A stretch of DNA of 64,000 bases from Yuukianura sp. NJ FZ-2021 (taxonomy: Eukaryota). This document shows, one piece after another, positions 38,701 through 52,988 of this stretch. The position numbers were made by a program, and so were the translations under genes. The DNA is taken from positions 682,001 to 746,000 of the forward strand of contig CM102283.1 in the NCBI GenBank assembly GCA_046563655.1. Reading direction: 5' to 3'. Below the pieces are notes generated by a model that made no database searches, was not told the DNA's origin, and saw only the letters and a program-made list of their open reading frames with translations. Within the stretch, counting starts at the first letter, position 1. Each line of letters starts with the position of its first letter.

Positions 38701-40291
38701 CGACCTTTCACGCTTGGAAGGAAACTTTTGATCCTTGGGACTTACTTTTAAATTTTTCTTACTTTTTCGGACATGCGTCTGCACCAGTTGGCGCATGTCC
38801 AATGGCGTACAACGCGGAGAAGGGTCCACGTCCCGTACGCTGGACAGGCTTCAGTCTGACTAATGTCTCCGCTTTTAAAGAGCGCATAACAATTTTCAGG
38901 GGAGTATAATTTCAAAATTAGAAAAGCTGCTTCAACTTTGATTAGGTTATTTATTTACTTATTATTACAATTATTTATGTTGGATGTTTTCTGTTTTTCA
39001 GCGATATTACTGCAGGAAACGCGGATGACGAGGATTCATGAAACTTACAACATGAAACTGACCTTTGATCATTGTTCGTCAACACTTCAGTATTACACCA
39101 CTCTGTCCACTCTGTGCCTAAAACCTAAAAACAATCCCAAGTTCAAGGTTAGGGTCGAAAAAACTTACGAACAAAAACTATACGAATCGCTTCAAAAAAA
39201 AACCTTGAAGTTTATTTATAAGTTTTTTATGTTCGTTTATTTCGACATTTTAGGGCACATAAAATAGTCTAGAAGCTAGTTAATTGAGTAATAAGTTCCA
39301 TTTTATGGTGCTAATTTTGTAATTTTTAAAAGCTGTCAACTTTATTTGCACAAATCGTAGTAAATAATTTTACAAATTGGAATTAGAAAATTGTGAAAAT
39401 GTTTAAATGGAAAAATGTTTAAAAGTTGAATAAAATCCAACGACTTGTTATTTTATTAGTATTAGAGAACATGGTTTGAGTTCAAATTTTAAATGGATCC
39501 AAATATTGCACGTATTCAACTCGATTCTAGTGCTAACTAACTTTTCCTCCAAATAGACGAAACTTTTATCATTTTGCTTTTTTTTAATTCTGTTCGCAAA
39601 TAGTTAACCAAAAGCACCACGACGGTTTTTCTACTTGAAGTTGGCAAATTGTAATTTAACACTTTATTTAATTGTGCAAATTGCAAAATGCGTAACGTTT
39701 AGAGGGAGTAGATCGTACTAAACTGGTTTGTTTAGTATAATGTTTAAATTTACACGAATTGAGTCACACTTCAACCATCCCTTGATGCTAAACTTGCTAA
39801 CTGACTTTCCTCCAAATCGTAATCAAATGTGACAACCACTTCAGGAGCACTAAAACATCCAAATATGGCCAAGGTGCATCGGACAAGTCCAACTTCTGCA
39901 CTTTCCTTCTTGAATATTAGTTATGTTAGACATAGCCTACTTTAAAAAACGTAGGTAAGAAAGTGCGTGGGAGTGATAATGGTAGAGGTGACCTTGCCCA
40001 CACTTGGATGGAAATTGTGTCCATCAAACATGGTCATCTTCTGGGGGCGTTTGAAATTGAGAGTTTTTGGAGTCAAGGGAAACCTACGCTTGAATCACCA
40101 AAACTAACCTTAACAATCCCACGACCAAAAAGACTCGAATTTGGGCCGAGGAGCAGAGTGAAGGTGAAGATTGGTGAGGCTGAGCGTTGGTGTTAAATGA
40201 AGAGACCATCAAAACAAAGCCAATCTCCATTGATGGCAGTTTTGGGAAATCAAGTTGACCAATTGAAATTCCAATTGGAGTTTAGTAACCA

Positions 40292-43200
40292 ATGAGCAAT
40301 CGAGGCAACATGATCCGGTCATGGAGAAACGAGGATGGGACTGAAGCGACGGAGTCCCGCAGCTACTCGTCGTCACACCAACAGCGACAAGTTTCCAAGG
40401 GCGTTCACTCTACGACGACAACCACCAGTTCTAGTTCAAATGGAGGAGCTCCGCACATGGTAACATTTTTCAAAATTTCAGAAAAAAAAAACTGAGTTTA
40501 AAAAGTTTTTCAAACGATGTTAGTAGTATCAGTTGAACTTTAACTGGAAATGCGAAATTTTATCCGCAGACACTGTACAACACGGTGATTGAAGAAAAAA
40601 TTGTGATTGAACAAATCGACAATAGCGCTGCCAAGTTAGCCGAACAACTCAGGGTAAGCTGAAGCCACATTTTGAAAGAAAAAAAGTGTGGAGAATTTGT
40701 TTTTGAATTTCATGAGATGGTGAAATTTTTCGAAAAATATTATTCGTAGTTGTCGATTGAGGAAAAATTTCGAAACTTGTCAAGCACTGTTCAAGATTTG
40801 CTGCAGTGGTTGAAGTCCATTGAGAAAGAATTGGGAAAGCAGGAACCACTACGGGAATTTCTGGAAGGGCTCAAAGCTCAAATCAGCTCTCTCAAGGTAA
40901 ATCGGAAAAAAACTTTCAAAATTTTGAAAATTGTTTTTCTGAAATAGGTATTCATAAAATTTAGCTTTGCATTGTGCTATGAAAGAATTTCAAATTTTGG
41001 ACAGATTTTTGCCAAAAGTTGGCCTTGAAAATCACTTTAAAAAATCTTTTGAAAGTGATTTAATTTTTCCGCTGTTTTTAGAGGTTTAAAGATGTAACGC
41101 GGGATTGGAACGTTGAATCCGATTTTAATTGTCAATTTTGTTTAATTTCGATTGATGAGATTTTTTTGTTGCAAATTCATAACTTTTTTTTATATGTCTG
41201 ATCTAGTTCATCCACGATGATTTATGGAGCCATGGGGAGGATGTGAACTCAACATTTGCCCAAATAAGGACAGTCATCGCGGAGAGCACGACGCTTTCTG
41301 CGCAGAACGTCTCTACTTTGGAAGAGTATGGAACTCAGCTTAAGACGAGATACGACCGAGCAGAAAATGCCGCCGATCAGCTTCTGCGCAAGTCCACCAC
41401 TGCCTATGAGGAACTCAACAAATACAGGCAAGAAAGGTCAAAGGTCAACCAATCTCTACTTTCTTAACTTTGAAAATTTCTGCTTGAATAGCACGGAGAA
41501 AAATGTGTTTCGTGATTGGCTAAAAACGAGTTGCCAAAAGCTGGTTGAAATTGAGCAGAAGATTGAGTCTGGCACTATGAAACAACCAGAAAAAGTGCGG
41601 GAATTTGTGAACGACGTCAATTCGCATAAGGCAGAACTCCGGTTTTTGGAAATGAATGCCAACAGATTCACGGAAACTACGCAGGTCGGAAAACTTTTTT
41701 TTATTACAATATATTTGAATTGATTTATTTTATGTTATTTTTAACAAAAATCAAATAAACAAGGTTGTTATTTAAAACTCAGGATTATTTGACGACATTG
41801 AACGAAATCCGCGCCAAATTGTCTCAAAGGCTTCCAGCCCTTCGAAAGAAGGGGTCAGAAGTTCAAGATGAGTTCAAAGAAATCAGCAGTGTCTACCACG
41901 TAAGCAAATTGCAACTTTGAAATTTTGAAACTTTTATTAAAGTTTTGATTTTTTTTTGAAAAAAATTTAGGACTTGTTGGGTCGAGCCAACAAGTTGATG
42001 GATTCGATGGACTTCAAATCGCGGCAAAGAGAATTTCAAACAAAAGTGGACGAAGCGGTGACTTGGCTTAAAGCAATGACTCCACGCGTCCAAAAATTGA
42101 TTGACGAGCCGCTCCGAACGAAACCGAAGGAAGCCGAAGAACAAATTCGTCGGGCCAAAACAATAAGTGACGAGATTTTTGCCAACCGTGGTTTGATCAC
42201 CGCCGTCAAAAATGTGAGAAACAACTAATTTTCAGGACGTTTTTTTTCTACTTATTTTTTGTTTTGAAATTTCAAACTTTTTGAACTTTTCCAAAATAAT
42301 TGAAATTATTTTTTAGGCTGGAGATAATTTGAGCCGTGATTTACCACCGAGTGAGAGCGCCGCAGTGCTCAAGACTTGCAAAGACCTGGAAGAGCGTTAC
42401 GACAGTCTGGTGACGAATGTGAATTCGAAATTGCGTGAGCTCGAATCAGGAGCAACATTGGTCGGAAAAATTGACGAAAATTTGAAATCAATTCGCGCTA
42501 TTTTGGATCGAGAGGAAGGCAGACTTCCAGCGAGTGCAGTCGGAGCGACACCGAGAGAAGCCGACAGCATTGCCCAGACGCTGCAACAAATCGTACGCAC
42601 ACTTGAAGACAACACAAACCTTCTGGATACTACGCGGTCCTTCATCAATGAACTTCTGCGTAAAGGTCAAGGGAACGAAGGGCTGCGTTCAGAGTTTGTT
42701 GGCCTTCAGGATCGGTGGTCAGCCTTGGATAAAACGGCACGTGACCGTCTCGGCTTTTCCGACACCATCCGAAAATTTTACGAATTAAGCCATTCATTGA
42801 CGTCGTGGTTGGACTCTAAAGAAAAGTTTTTGAATTCAATTCAAGGTGACCCACTTCACCAAATTCAGCAGCTGAAAACACTCAAGAACGACTTCAAAGC
42901 ACAGACGCCAAAATTAAATGAACTCAACAGCCTCGGTGAAGCGCTTCTGCGTAGAGCCAATTTGACCAATCCGGAACGATCTGCCATTGAAGAGACGCTG
43001 GCTACGCTGACTAAACGCTGGAACGACGCTTTGGCTGAAATTGACGCACGGAGGGCTCTCGCAGAAGCTCTTTTAGATGCTCGTGGAAACTTTGACAAAA
43101 ATTGTTCCCGCATTGAAGAGGCGCTGCGCCGGATCAATGAAGATTTGGACACGCTTGGGCAAGAAAGAAACAAGCTCCGTCCAGAAGCATTGTTGAAGCA

Positions 43201-46200
43201 AATCAGAAGTTTAGAAAAACTGCTCAACGCTCAAGCAGGACCAATCGCATCTTTGGAAGCAGCTGGACAGAAGCTTATCGAAGAACTGACCGATTCAGCC
43301 TCAAAATCCGAAGTTAAGACGAAGTTAGCCGGGATTAGCCGACTGTACGACCAATGTTCAAAGAAACTCGAGTCACTTCGGAAAATTGTCGAGGCGGCAG
43401 AACGAGATGCACAAGAATTCAATGAAGCATGTGCAGGATTACAGAAATGGGTAGATTCGCTCTTGCCAAAATTCGACAACGTTTCGATTTCAGCCGATCG
43501 ACCAACCTTGAAAGAACAGGTTTCCATTTACGACAAAGTTGCCAATGAAGTTTTGGCCAAAAAAGTAGAAGTTACCAGGTTGGCCACAAGAGGAAAAGAA
43601 TTTGATTCTCCCGCGCTCCAAAATTTGATGCAAAGTTGGGCAACTCTTGAAAAGGAAGCGACCTCTACACGCAGTCGCGTAAACAAAGCATACGACAACT
43701 GCTTGAAATACGACAAATTGTACCAACCATTTGCTACTTGGTTGTCCACTGCCATTGCTAAGCTAGAGAGTATCAGTTTAGACAGTTTGAAAAAGACGGA
43801 TTTGGAACGGATGCAGCGGGAACTTTCGGATTTGAAAAAAGATTGTGGACGGCGGGCGCATGAGTACAGTGACGTAGAAGCTGCTGGCAATGCCTTCCTG
43901 GCTGCTTGTGACCGAGACAAAGAAGAAGTCAGAAATGAGCTGAGGTCACTCAAAGACGGCTGGGAAGCTTTGCAAAACGGCTTGGACAAACGGCTCGCTC
44001 GACTCACGGAAATCTCCGACAAACTCCGAGCGTTTCACGAACATGTTGCAAGTACAAAAAAGACGTTGGATCGCTGCGACTCGGAATTGGAGACTGCAAG
44101 TGCTGGCTCCAAGTTGAAAGCAATTGCAGACGAGTTGGGGCAACTTGAGAAACGGATTGACGGAATCAAGCGAGAAGGAGACATTCTCTGTCGCCTGGGT
44201 GACGAAGAGGGAGCTGACACAGACAATGTCACTAAAACCGTAGATGACCTCTACGCTCGTCTGGGTCAACTTCGATCAAAGTTGAATTCTCGCTCTGACA
44301 ATTTGGAAGCAGAACAAAAGGCTTTGGCTCTTTGCCAAGAGAAATTTAGAGAAATTAATTCAAATTTAGCCGCTCTTGAATCAGAACTTGATGGAATGAA
44401 AGGGATTGGGCGAGAAATTCCAGTCGTTCAGAGTCAAATTAGCACCATGACAGATTTCAAACGGCGTTTGCGCGAAGAGCAAGATCAATTTGAACATCTT
44501 ACGCGCCATGTTGAGCAGTTAGGTCAGCGCGGAACCGACATCACGCGCCTCAAGCCGCAACTTGAAGAAATTCGCAAGAAACTGGGAACGATCAACACCA
44601 AAAGTTCAACTCGCTCGACTGACCTTGATGCTATGTTGAAGAAGTTACAGGAATTTTACAAATTGTATAGAGCTACTGACGATGAGTTGAGTAGCATTCT
44701 ACGTAAGGAAGCAAATACTGAAACTGCGCAGGCGCTGGATGAACTCAAGCGTCGCGAAGTTTTTGCAACTGGTAAGAAAGTTGAAGAAGTGAATACAATT
44801 GGACGCGGACTGATCAAATCAGCATCTAGCGGTGTTAGCACGAATTTGCTGGAAACGGATTTGGAAAAACTGAATGAAAAATGGAAATTAATCAATGACA
44901 GAGTAAGTCAAAAATTTGATGTAAAAACAAATTTTTCATAATAATCATCAAGTAAAAATAAATTCTTTTAAAATTTAATTGTCTCCGAAATTCCAGATTG
45001 CTGAAAAGAAGCGAATGTTAGAAAATCAACATTTGAAGGGAAAGCAATTTGATGACGCCGTGGCCCAATTCATGGCTGCGTTGAAACACCTCGAATCGCT
45101 ATTGGTTGACGATGGGCGTGTTCATGGTGACGTCGATACGGTCAAACCACTGGTTGCCCAACACAAGGTATTTTTTCAAAATTTCACATTTACAATTTCT
45201 AAATTTTCACTTCAAATAATTTTTGAAACTTTTTTCTTAGAAAGTTGAAGACCAACTATCTACTCGTCGAGTTCAACTGCAGAACATCGTAAAGTCGGCA
45301 GCCGAACTATTGGAATCTACAAATTCAATTGACGAAAAAACCAAAATTTCAAATCACGTTTCCAACGCCAAAGACGCTTTTGATAAGGTCAAGACAAAAG
45401 TGGATCGTAGAACACAGAAGTTAGACAGCGCAATGAGAGATGTGAGTTCAAATCCAGCCGTCTCTTAAAAATTTTATTGTAGCTCAAATATTAACTCTTA
45501 TGTATTCGCAGGCTGAAAAATTGAATGCGTCTATTCACTCAATGCTGGAATGGCTGGCAGTTGCTGAAAAAAAGAAACGAACGTTTCCGGATTCGATCCA
45601 GGGGCTCGATGAAACCAATTCTGTAAAACTGCTGGAAGAACATGAAAAGTAAATAGTACATAACACCAACACAACTACGCGGGAATTTCAATTTTTGTGT
45701 TTAAACTATTTAATTTTCAGATTTTTAAGAGATATGGAGCGAAAAGAAAGTGAAAAAGACGCGACGCTGGAATTTGCCCGTGAAATTTTGGCAAAGGCTC
45801 ATCCCAATGCCGTGAGTACAATCAGAAACTGGATTTCGACGATTGAGAGCAAATGGGCTGACCTCTGGAGTTGGATCAACAAGCAAAGGTCAAAATTATT
45901 GGACCATTTGACCTCTCTGCGTGAATCTACTGATCTACTCAAGGAACTTCTGACGTGGTTGCGCAAGAGGGAAGAGACACTCAAGAGAGTCGATGCAAAA
46001 GCACTGCCAAGCGATTTGGACGAACTCCTGCTTCTTATTAGAGTATGAAAATTACTACTCAATTTAACTCTTGTTTTGAACAGTTTTCAGGTTTTTTAGA
46101 ATCAAAAAAGTCTAGTTCAAAAATTTCCTCCGAAACTTTATATTTTCATAAAACATTTAGGAACACAATGAGTTTATGGAAAGTGTTGACGGAAGACAAG

Positions 46201-47562
46201 TTGATGTGAATACTGCTTGTGGTGTCAGGAGTGCAACATCGGCGCTGAGGCGACCAACCAAAGGCGGTTCCCCAATAAGGACCAAATCTCCTAGGTATTG
46301 CAACCAAATCTAAGTTTCCAAATTTTTGAAAACCTTGTTTTTGAATCATCGGTTTTTGATTAGCCCTGTCAAGGACAGAAGCAGTTTGTTTCCGTCCATT
46401 GGACCAAACTTTGAAAAGGGATCTGAGCCAAACGTCGGAGGCAATGCAATGGTCAAGGTCGTTTGGACCAAATGGAAAGACGTTTGGACTCTGAGTTGGG
46501 ATAGACAAGCTCGCCTGGAGCGACGCTACAACGAACTCATGCGCAAATTCAGCTGGGAGGATTGGAAAAAACGAGTACTAAAAAAATTCAAAAAGAATTC
46601 ATTTTCTTTTTCAAATTGTAACACTAATTTTTAATGTTTTTTTTACTTGCTCAGTTTTTGAAATTCATGAACTACAACAAGGACAGAATCAAAGAGTTGT
46701 TTACCAAATTGGATCGCCGAAACACCGGACTACTGCCACGGAACAAATTCATTGATGCCATAACCAACACAAGTGAGTTTGCCTGTTTCAAATTTTTGAT
46801 TTTTTTTTTTGAATTTGTGTTTCAATTTTCTATTTTCTAACATTTTTTTTTAGATTTTCCAACTACTGACAGCGAAATGAATGAAGTTGCCAACATGTTT
46901 GACACTGGAAACGACGAAACGGATTACATCAAGTTTTTGGCAGCACTTCGTGCTGATTGGGCAGAAAAGAAACCACTCCCTGAAGCCACTCTGATCAACA
47001 ACGAAATTCAGCGCCAAGTTTCAAAATGTACTTGCAAACAGCGATTCAGAGTGGAACAAGTGGCAGAAGGGACTTACAGGGTACTGAATTTTTATTATAA
47101 AAACACCAAGATTTTATTTTCAAAACCATGAATTTAAGTGTTAGTGTGTTCTTTCTGATTGAAGTTTGGAGACAGTCAAAAGTTGCGTCTAGTCCGAATT
47201 CTGAGGTCAACCGTGATGGTTCGTGTTGGCGGAGGGTGGGTGACACTCGAAGAATTTTTGACCAAGAACGACCCGTGTCGCAGTAAGTTGAAGTTGACAC
47301 ATGAGCAGTGCACTTTTGTAACTTTAAATTTATGTAGCTACATTGTTTGTACTACTGGTACATAATGTTTGTGCAAATTTTAGTGAAAGGACGCACAAAC
47401 GTGGAGTTGCGGGAACAGTTGAATACTCCGGAGGGAGCAGCACACATCATGGCTGCATTTGTTGCTAAGCGACGCGGAGATCGTGAAGCCTCTAAATCCC
47501 ATTCGCCAAGTCCAGTGAGACAGCCTGAAAAGGGAATTTGGAAAGACCGCTCTACTTACTAA
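40292..47562 (+). CDS. Short spectraplakin-like protein (shot/MACF1/dystonin family): spectrin repeats, EF-hands and GAS2/GAR domain, ~1,850 aa
   Basis: Many Trp-centred spectrin repeats, including a ~2.6-kb exon. [17 protein letters not shown]-hands ([21 protein letters not shown]) and GAR domain [67 protein letters not shown]. Confidence 0.88.
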
Positions 47563-47887
47563 AGCTTCTCGAAAAAACTAACTTTTCAAAAAAAATATTT
47601 CTTAATTCTGCTCTTTTCTAACACTTTTATAATATATCGTTTTCAAAACAAATACTAGACTCTACAAAATTCTCACCTACCTGCTGAAACAAAAATTCTC
47701 TGCTTTTAAACCTAATGTACTCAACCTGCTAGGTAATAAAATAAATCAATAGTTTAGACAAACTTTCACTTAAAAGTTAACTTGCACAGAACAAATAAAT
47801 ATGAAATAAAATTTTAAATTAAAAAAATAACAATAAAAATTATGGTAACGAAATCGGATTAATTCTTTTTCAATACAGGCGCAAATT

Positions 47888-49468
47888 TTAAATTGGAATT
47901 TGGGGAGTAATGGCCTCTGTGAACGTAAGCAGAAGGTTGAGAGCGGCGTCCAGGATTCTCATCGCAAATGTTTTAACGACAAAATCTCTTTCCTCAATCG
48001 TAAACAAAGTCCCAACACGCCATGCGACTGGCCTGCGTGACTTGTAGAACATGGAGTCGAAGCGTGACCTCTTGAGGTCATTGCACTGAAATGACCTCGT
48101 GTATGTCACTGATGCAATGCTCACCCTCACTGCATAGACTATGACGGCCATGCAGAGGCAGAGGACGACAACGAATGCAAAGGCAAATGTCGTAAAGAGT
48201 ATGGCGTTCAGATCCAGCCAGAATTTTAGAAGGATGAAGATGACGCAGACCAGCATGCCGCAGGCGCCGGAGAACAACATGAGCAACAGATTTGAGTAGA
48301 GTTCGTTGAAGTACGTAAACAGGATTTGCCAATTGCGGTATTTCCATTGCATTCTCAACTTCTCGTTATTGGAGAGCCCAGTTTTGCGCCACCTGAGCAA
48401 ATGAAAGTACAAAATACCTTTAAAATGAATTTTTGATTTTCAAACTTAGAAATAATTTCCTTCTAGGTTAGTTTAAAAATTGTGGCTTTGGTATTAAAAA
48501 TTTTGAATTTAGAAGCAGAGAATTGTTTCAGAACTTAGAATTAGGTTTTAGAGAATTTTGAAGATAAAAAATTCTTGAGTCTAGATTCACATGATTTCCA
48601 ACCTGAGAATTCTAAGCGTTGAATTTGAAATTTTTAAAATTTTTGAAAATCAAATTACTTCAAATTTTCGAGGTTGATTGCTGCGGAGTATGCAGCATAC
48701 ATTAAGAAGCTGGAATGCGATGTCATCCAGTGAGTGGATACATTAAAACTGAATGCACCAATCAGAACGAGGATATATTGGCCGAATCGGCTTTCTGGGA
48801 AAATTGCTTCGAGTGTGTGACGGTAAAATTCAAATCCAGCAAACTTTCCATAGTGAATCACAACAAAACAAATCGGAATCAAAATCTGGATTCCAGACCA
48901 ACAAGTTTCAAGTGAAATAAAGGAATTCCGCTTCTTGAGATCTACGAAATATTTTATGAATTGTCAAAAGAAAAATTCACATGAAAACATTTTTGAACAA
49001 CATTTGAGATATACGAAATGTTTTATAAATTGCAAAAATTTTTTGATTCTTACTGTTAGTTTGTTGGTCACATTTGATGAAACTGTTGAAGACTGCTACG
49101 ATGTCTTTTAGTTGTATCATTGCAAACAGTTGGTAAAAAAGACAGACAGCAAACGATGCGCAAAGTGTAGCAATGAGGATGGTGTTGGAAATCGGATTCT
49201 CTTCCAAAATGAGTTGCAGAGACATCAATGTTAACTTAATTGCTGCAATCAGCATAAGCAATCCCATGAAAATAACTTTTGTCCAACTTTGTTTCAAAAT
49301 TACGAAATGCAGAGTCGGAGTTCGAACGAGATCGAATGGCAAAATTCCGAGAGAAGCGCCGAAGTGAATATAGGAGGACAGCGCCCTCAGTCGCTTGTCG
49401 TCGTCCATGACTACCGTTACGTTAAATTGTTTAAGTTTACGTTTAACTTTCTCAACCACGCTTAACAT
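47888..49468 (-). CDS. Divergent gustatory-receptor-like multi-pass membrane protein (3-4 exons)
   Basis: Multiple hydrophobic helices across ORFs 48977-49468, 48655-48882 and 47888-48412. C-terminal VGTLFTIE...ILDAALNLLLTF resembles the arthropod GR TM7 region. Confidence 0.6.
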
Positions 49469-50475
49469 AGCTTATTTAAAGTAAGAACGTGCGACCCATA
49501 TAAGTTATGTTATCACATGACTTGAATTGGGTCAAGTTGCCACTTGACCAAACGCAGACTAAATCGGATTTGATTTGATCTGACTCAAGTCCAAAAGACT
49601 TTTAACAAAATTCATGTTTGAAATGAATTAACTGCACAAGTCTGCCTATCTGTTTTGCAGCAACCTTTAAAGGTGAAAGTCTTCAAAAGAAACCCATCGT
49701 TAGTAGAATTATGGAGAATTTGAAAAAAAAATTGGAAATACATTATGCTCATAAAGAACCAATTTCTGCAACTTCTCATTTCTAAAATTTTCTGAATGAA
49801 AAAAAAATTGTGAAAAAGATTCAATACCCAGAATTAGAGGAAATTGTGAAGGGTGTGGTACATATGAGATACAATTTAAAAAAAACTTGAATTGTTGAAT
49901 ATTTTGGCTGATTGTTTTGACACATTTGGAAAAGCAAATCATGGTAGTTCAAGTGTTTAATTCACTTTTATTAAAACTAAACTGTTTTTTAGAGCGCAGA
50001 ATTTTTGAAAGTTTTGAACAATAAAAAGATTATGGGGAAAGAACTATTGCAAAGTTGCACTTTTCAAAATTAGTATCTCTGCAAACTTTGCCTTCATTTT
50101 TCAAACCTGCTAGGTTCAGTTGGAGCTTAAACACTGTATTTTACGACAGTCTTCAAAATACTGAAAATTTCCAAAAATTGAAAACCAAAATTCAAGTTCA
50201 AAAAACAAACGGAATTGGAGCGTAGAGCATACAGAAACTGTATGCTGTAAAGTTAAAATTTTTATTGGAGCGAGAAGTTAAATCTTTTTTGACTTGCTCA
50301 GTCAATTCGTAAAATGTTATTTTTTACAATATTAACTTTAATTGTTTAAATTCAGAGAATGAACGATATTGAAGTGAAAAATGATGCCAATGGAATGCGT
50401 TAGTTTTAAGTAAATGGCCTTATTGTGACGCTTAACCTGAATAGTTTTCAACATGTTTCCCAATCTATATTAAAT

Positions 50476-52100
50476 TCAAAATGGAAGGCAAAGTGTTAAA
50501 TGGCAGACAATTTTGTGCGTTATGCACTGGAGTGTGAAACAGGTTCCTTCCACTGGCCCGTAAGTGTAAAGCGAAGACGAAAGATTTTTTGTGGTCCCGG
50601 AGAAGAAGTCGGCTTCTTCCTTCCGAAAATGAATTCCAGTTAATGTGGAGAAACTAAACATACCAATCAATTTCAACTTCAAAATTTGGAACATTCTAAA
50701 AAAAAACTTAGTTTTAAAAACCTAGTCCCAGTGAAGCCTTGGATTCAGAGCGCGAGTAAGCTGGTGACGGTAGGTCAGTTGAGTCTGAAAATTTTAAACT
50801 GTTCATACGCGACATTAAATTTCGCTTCGGCTCCCGTGTCGTCCCAATCACAATTTCCACTTGACCTCTCATCAGTCCCGGCTGTCCAGCGGCTTTTACT
50901 TGATACTGAAACAACAAAGAAAAGTCAAAATTTTGAAAACTTTTCAGAAAAAGAAACTGTACCTGAACAAGATGCGTGATGTTATACAGCACTTTGACGT
51001 TGTACGACGGGACACAAGATGGCGGAACTTTTAGTTTTCCAACATACTCGATGTCCAGCTCCTCCCTTGGTTCCACGTCTTCCACCGAATCCAGCACGAG
51101 TAACGTCGTTTTCGTTTCTCCCGAGACGTTATACACCACACGACGCACGAGACTCACCGTCACTTTCTTCATGGCCAATCCCTTGGAGTTCCCAACTTTC
51201 AACTTGTAATCCACTTCCTCTCCAGCCAAAAATCCGTGATGATCAATCATCAGGAGGGCCGTGATGATCTTCTTGGACGAGAAAACGGACTTGCTGAGAC
51301 CAGACTCGTGATGAAGTGGAAGCATCAGCTCAGCACTCATCTCCGACAGGTTGTTGTAGCCATGGAAACGAACTGGACTCTCCGTGATCTGGATCTGGAG
51401 GGCATGGGCCTTCATGTAGACAGTCAACTTGTATTGGAGAGATCCAAATTTGGAGCCGAACGGAGCCGGCAACTTTTCGCCGGGAACAGTTAACGCGAAC
51501 GGGTAAGTGTGACAGCCAGGCAGAATCAAAATGTCGCCATGTCCACCTAAATCGTAAAAACAGCAAATTCAATACTTAAAAACGTGAAAGTAATAAACAC
51601 AAAAACCGAAACTACAAAATTTTGAGAATTATTCTTTGCGCATGTGCAGATTTTTAACTTACGATCCTCCTCATCATCGAATCCCATGAGCTGCGTTCTG
51701 ATTGGTGACTTGATGTAACTGGCTGAAAATGATTCAGAACCTTGAAAAATTCCCTCCATCTTCTGCACAACGTTACTCCGATTGTCCACTTTCACATCGT
51801 ACTTCAGAATGACGTGTCCATCCAATTGAACTCTCACACCTAAAACCACAAACAAATCGATTAAAATTTCAAAATTTTGAATTTAATTTTTAGTTTTAGA
51901 ATTTGTGCTTTGAACTGACCAGCACATTGAATTTCCTTTGTATTGTTAATGACAAGTCTTCCACGGAGGACTCCATAAGGCCGAACAATGTCTTGGTCCA
52001 CGTGTAGTTTGGAATGAAACGTTCCAAAATAATGTTTTTTCGTCTGAGGCGGAATTCTAGTATTAGCATTCACAGCAGCCACTGCTCCTACACTGGCCAT
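50476..52100 (-). CDS. Arrestin-domain-containing protein (alpha-arrestin); last exon uncertain
   Basis: LRGRLVIN, GVRVQLDG, LPGCHTYPFALTVP..LPAPFGSKFGSLQYKL, GFLAGEEV..KVGN, LKVPPSCVPSY..YNITHLV, VEIVIGT and LPSPAY. Confidence 0.85.
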
Positions 52101-52988
52101 TTTCTAATTCCCAATTTTTCCAAAACAAGTTTAAAACTTATTCAAACTCCTGTTCTAAAACTCGTGTCTCGTCAACTATGTTACTATTTTTCGCAATGCA
52201 GCATTATGCTGCTACTCATCTCACGTCAACTCTTGGCCTAATGGAGTAAACAACCTTGTTGAGTCCAGCAGCTGGAGAGCTGGACAGGAACGTATCGATT
52301 TGCACGAGACGCAAAGGCAAAGGCTTAAGTAGCTTATATTCTATCCAGTTAAGCCCAAAATGTCCTTTTACAGTTTTCCTACTTTACGCTACACGAACTT
52401 CGCCTTGTGCTAATCAATATTAGCTCTTTTGCATCTCTCGTGTGCTCATCATCTCAAGTCGGCCACATTATACCTCTCTGGAGACTACTCAAAATGAACC
52501 ACTTTGGAATTAATGAGGAAAAGTAATTAAAAAGGCTCCAAAAAGAGAGAAACTTTTTTTAAAGTTAGCGGAGGCTTCCAACTTAAATATGAAAAATACA
52601 ATTAAGATTCTGAAAAGGAAAATATTATGAAAAATAATGAAAAAGATTATGAAACTGCGTAAATTACAAAAAAAACGCTGTTTTATTTCCATGTTGAGGG
52701 AAAGAATGAAAATGACAAACACCTTTGACCTTTTTAGGGGTAAAATAAATAGAAACTATATAAGCGGTGGAAACATTACGCGATGAGACTAAAGACGGAC
52801 TAACAAACCACACATTTTGACAATTTTATAACTCTAACGTTAGTTACTAACTAAAGCTACTTTAGTTCTGCGCAGTAGTAGAAAACAGTATTAGAGAACA
52901 TGTACATTACCTTCCCAGTTTTGAGTGCATGCGTGTTTGTGTGTAGTATTTTGAACACGAGTATTGTTGCTTTTTACCATCCCCAATG

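Noticed and set aside
42397-44895. Numerous antisense ORFs over the large spectraplakin exon (also over NAT10, the arrestin and the 55-56 kb repeat gene)
   Set aside because: Shadow ORFs arising from codon bias and repeats, with no independent motifs.
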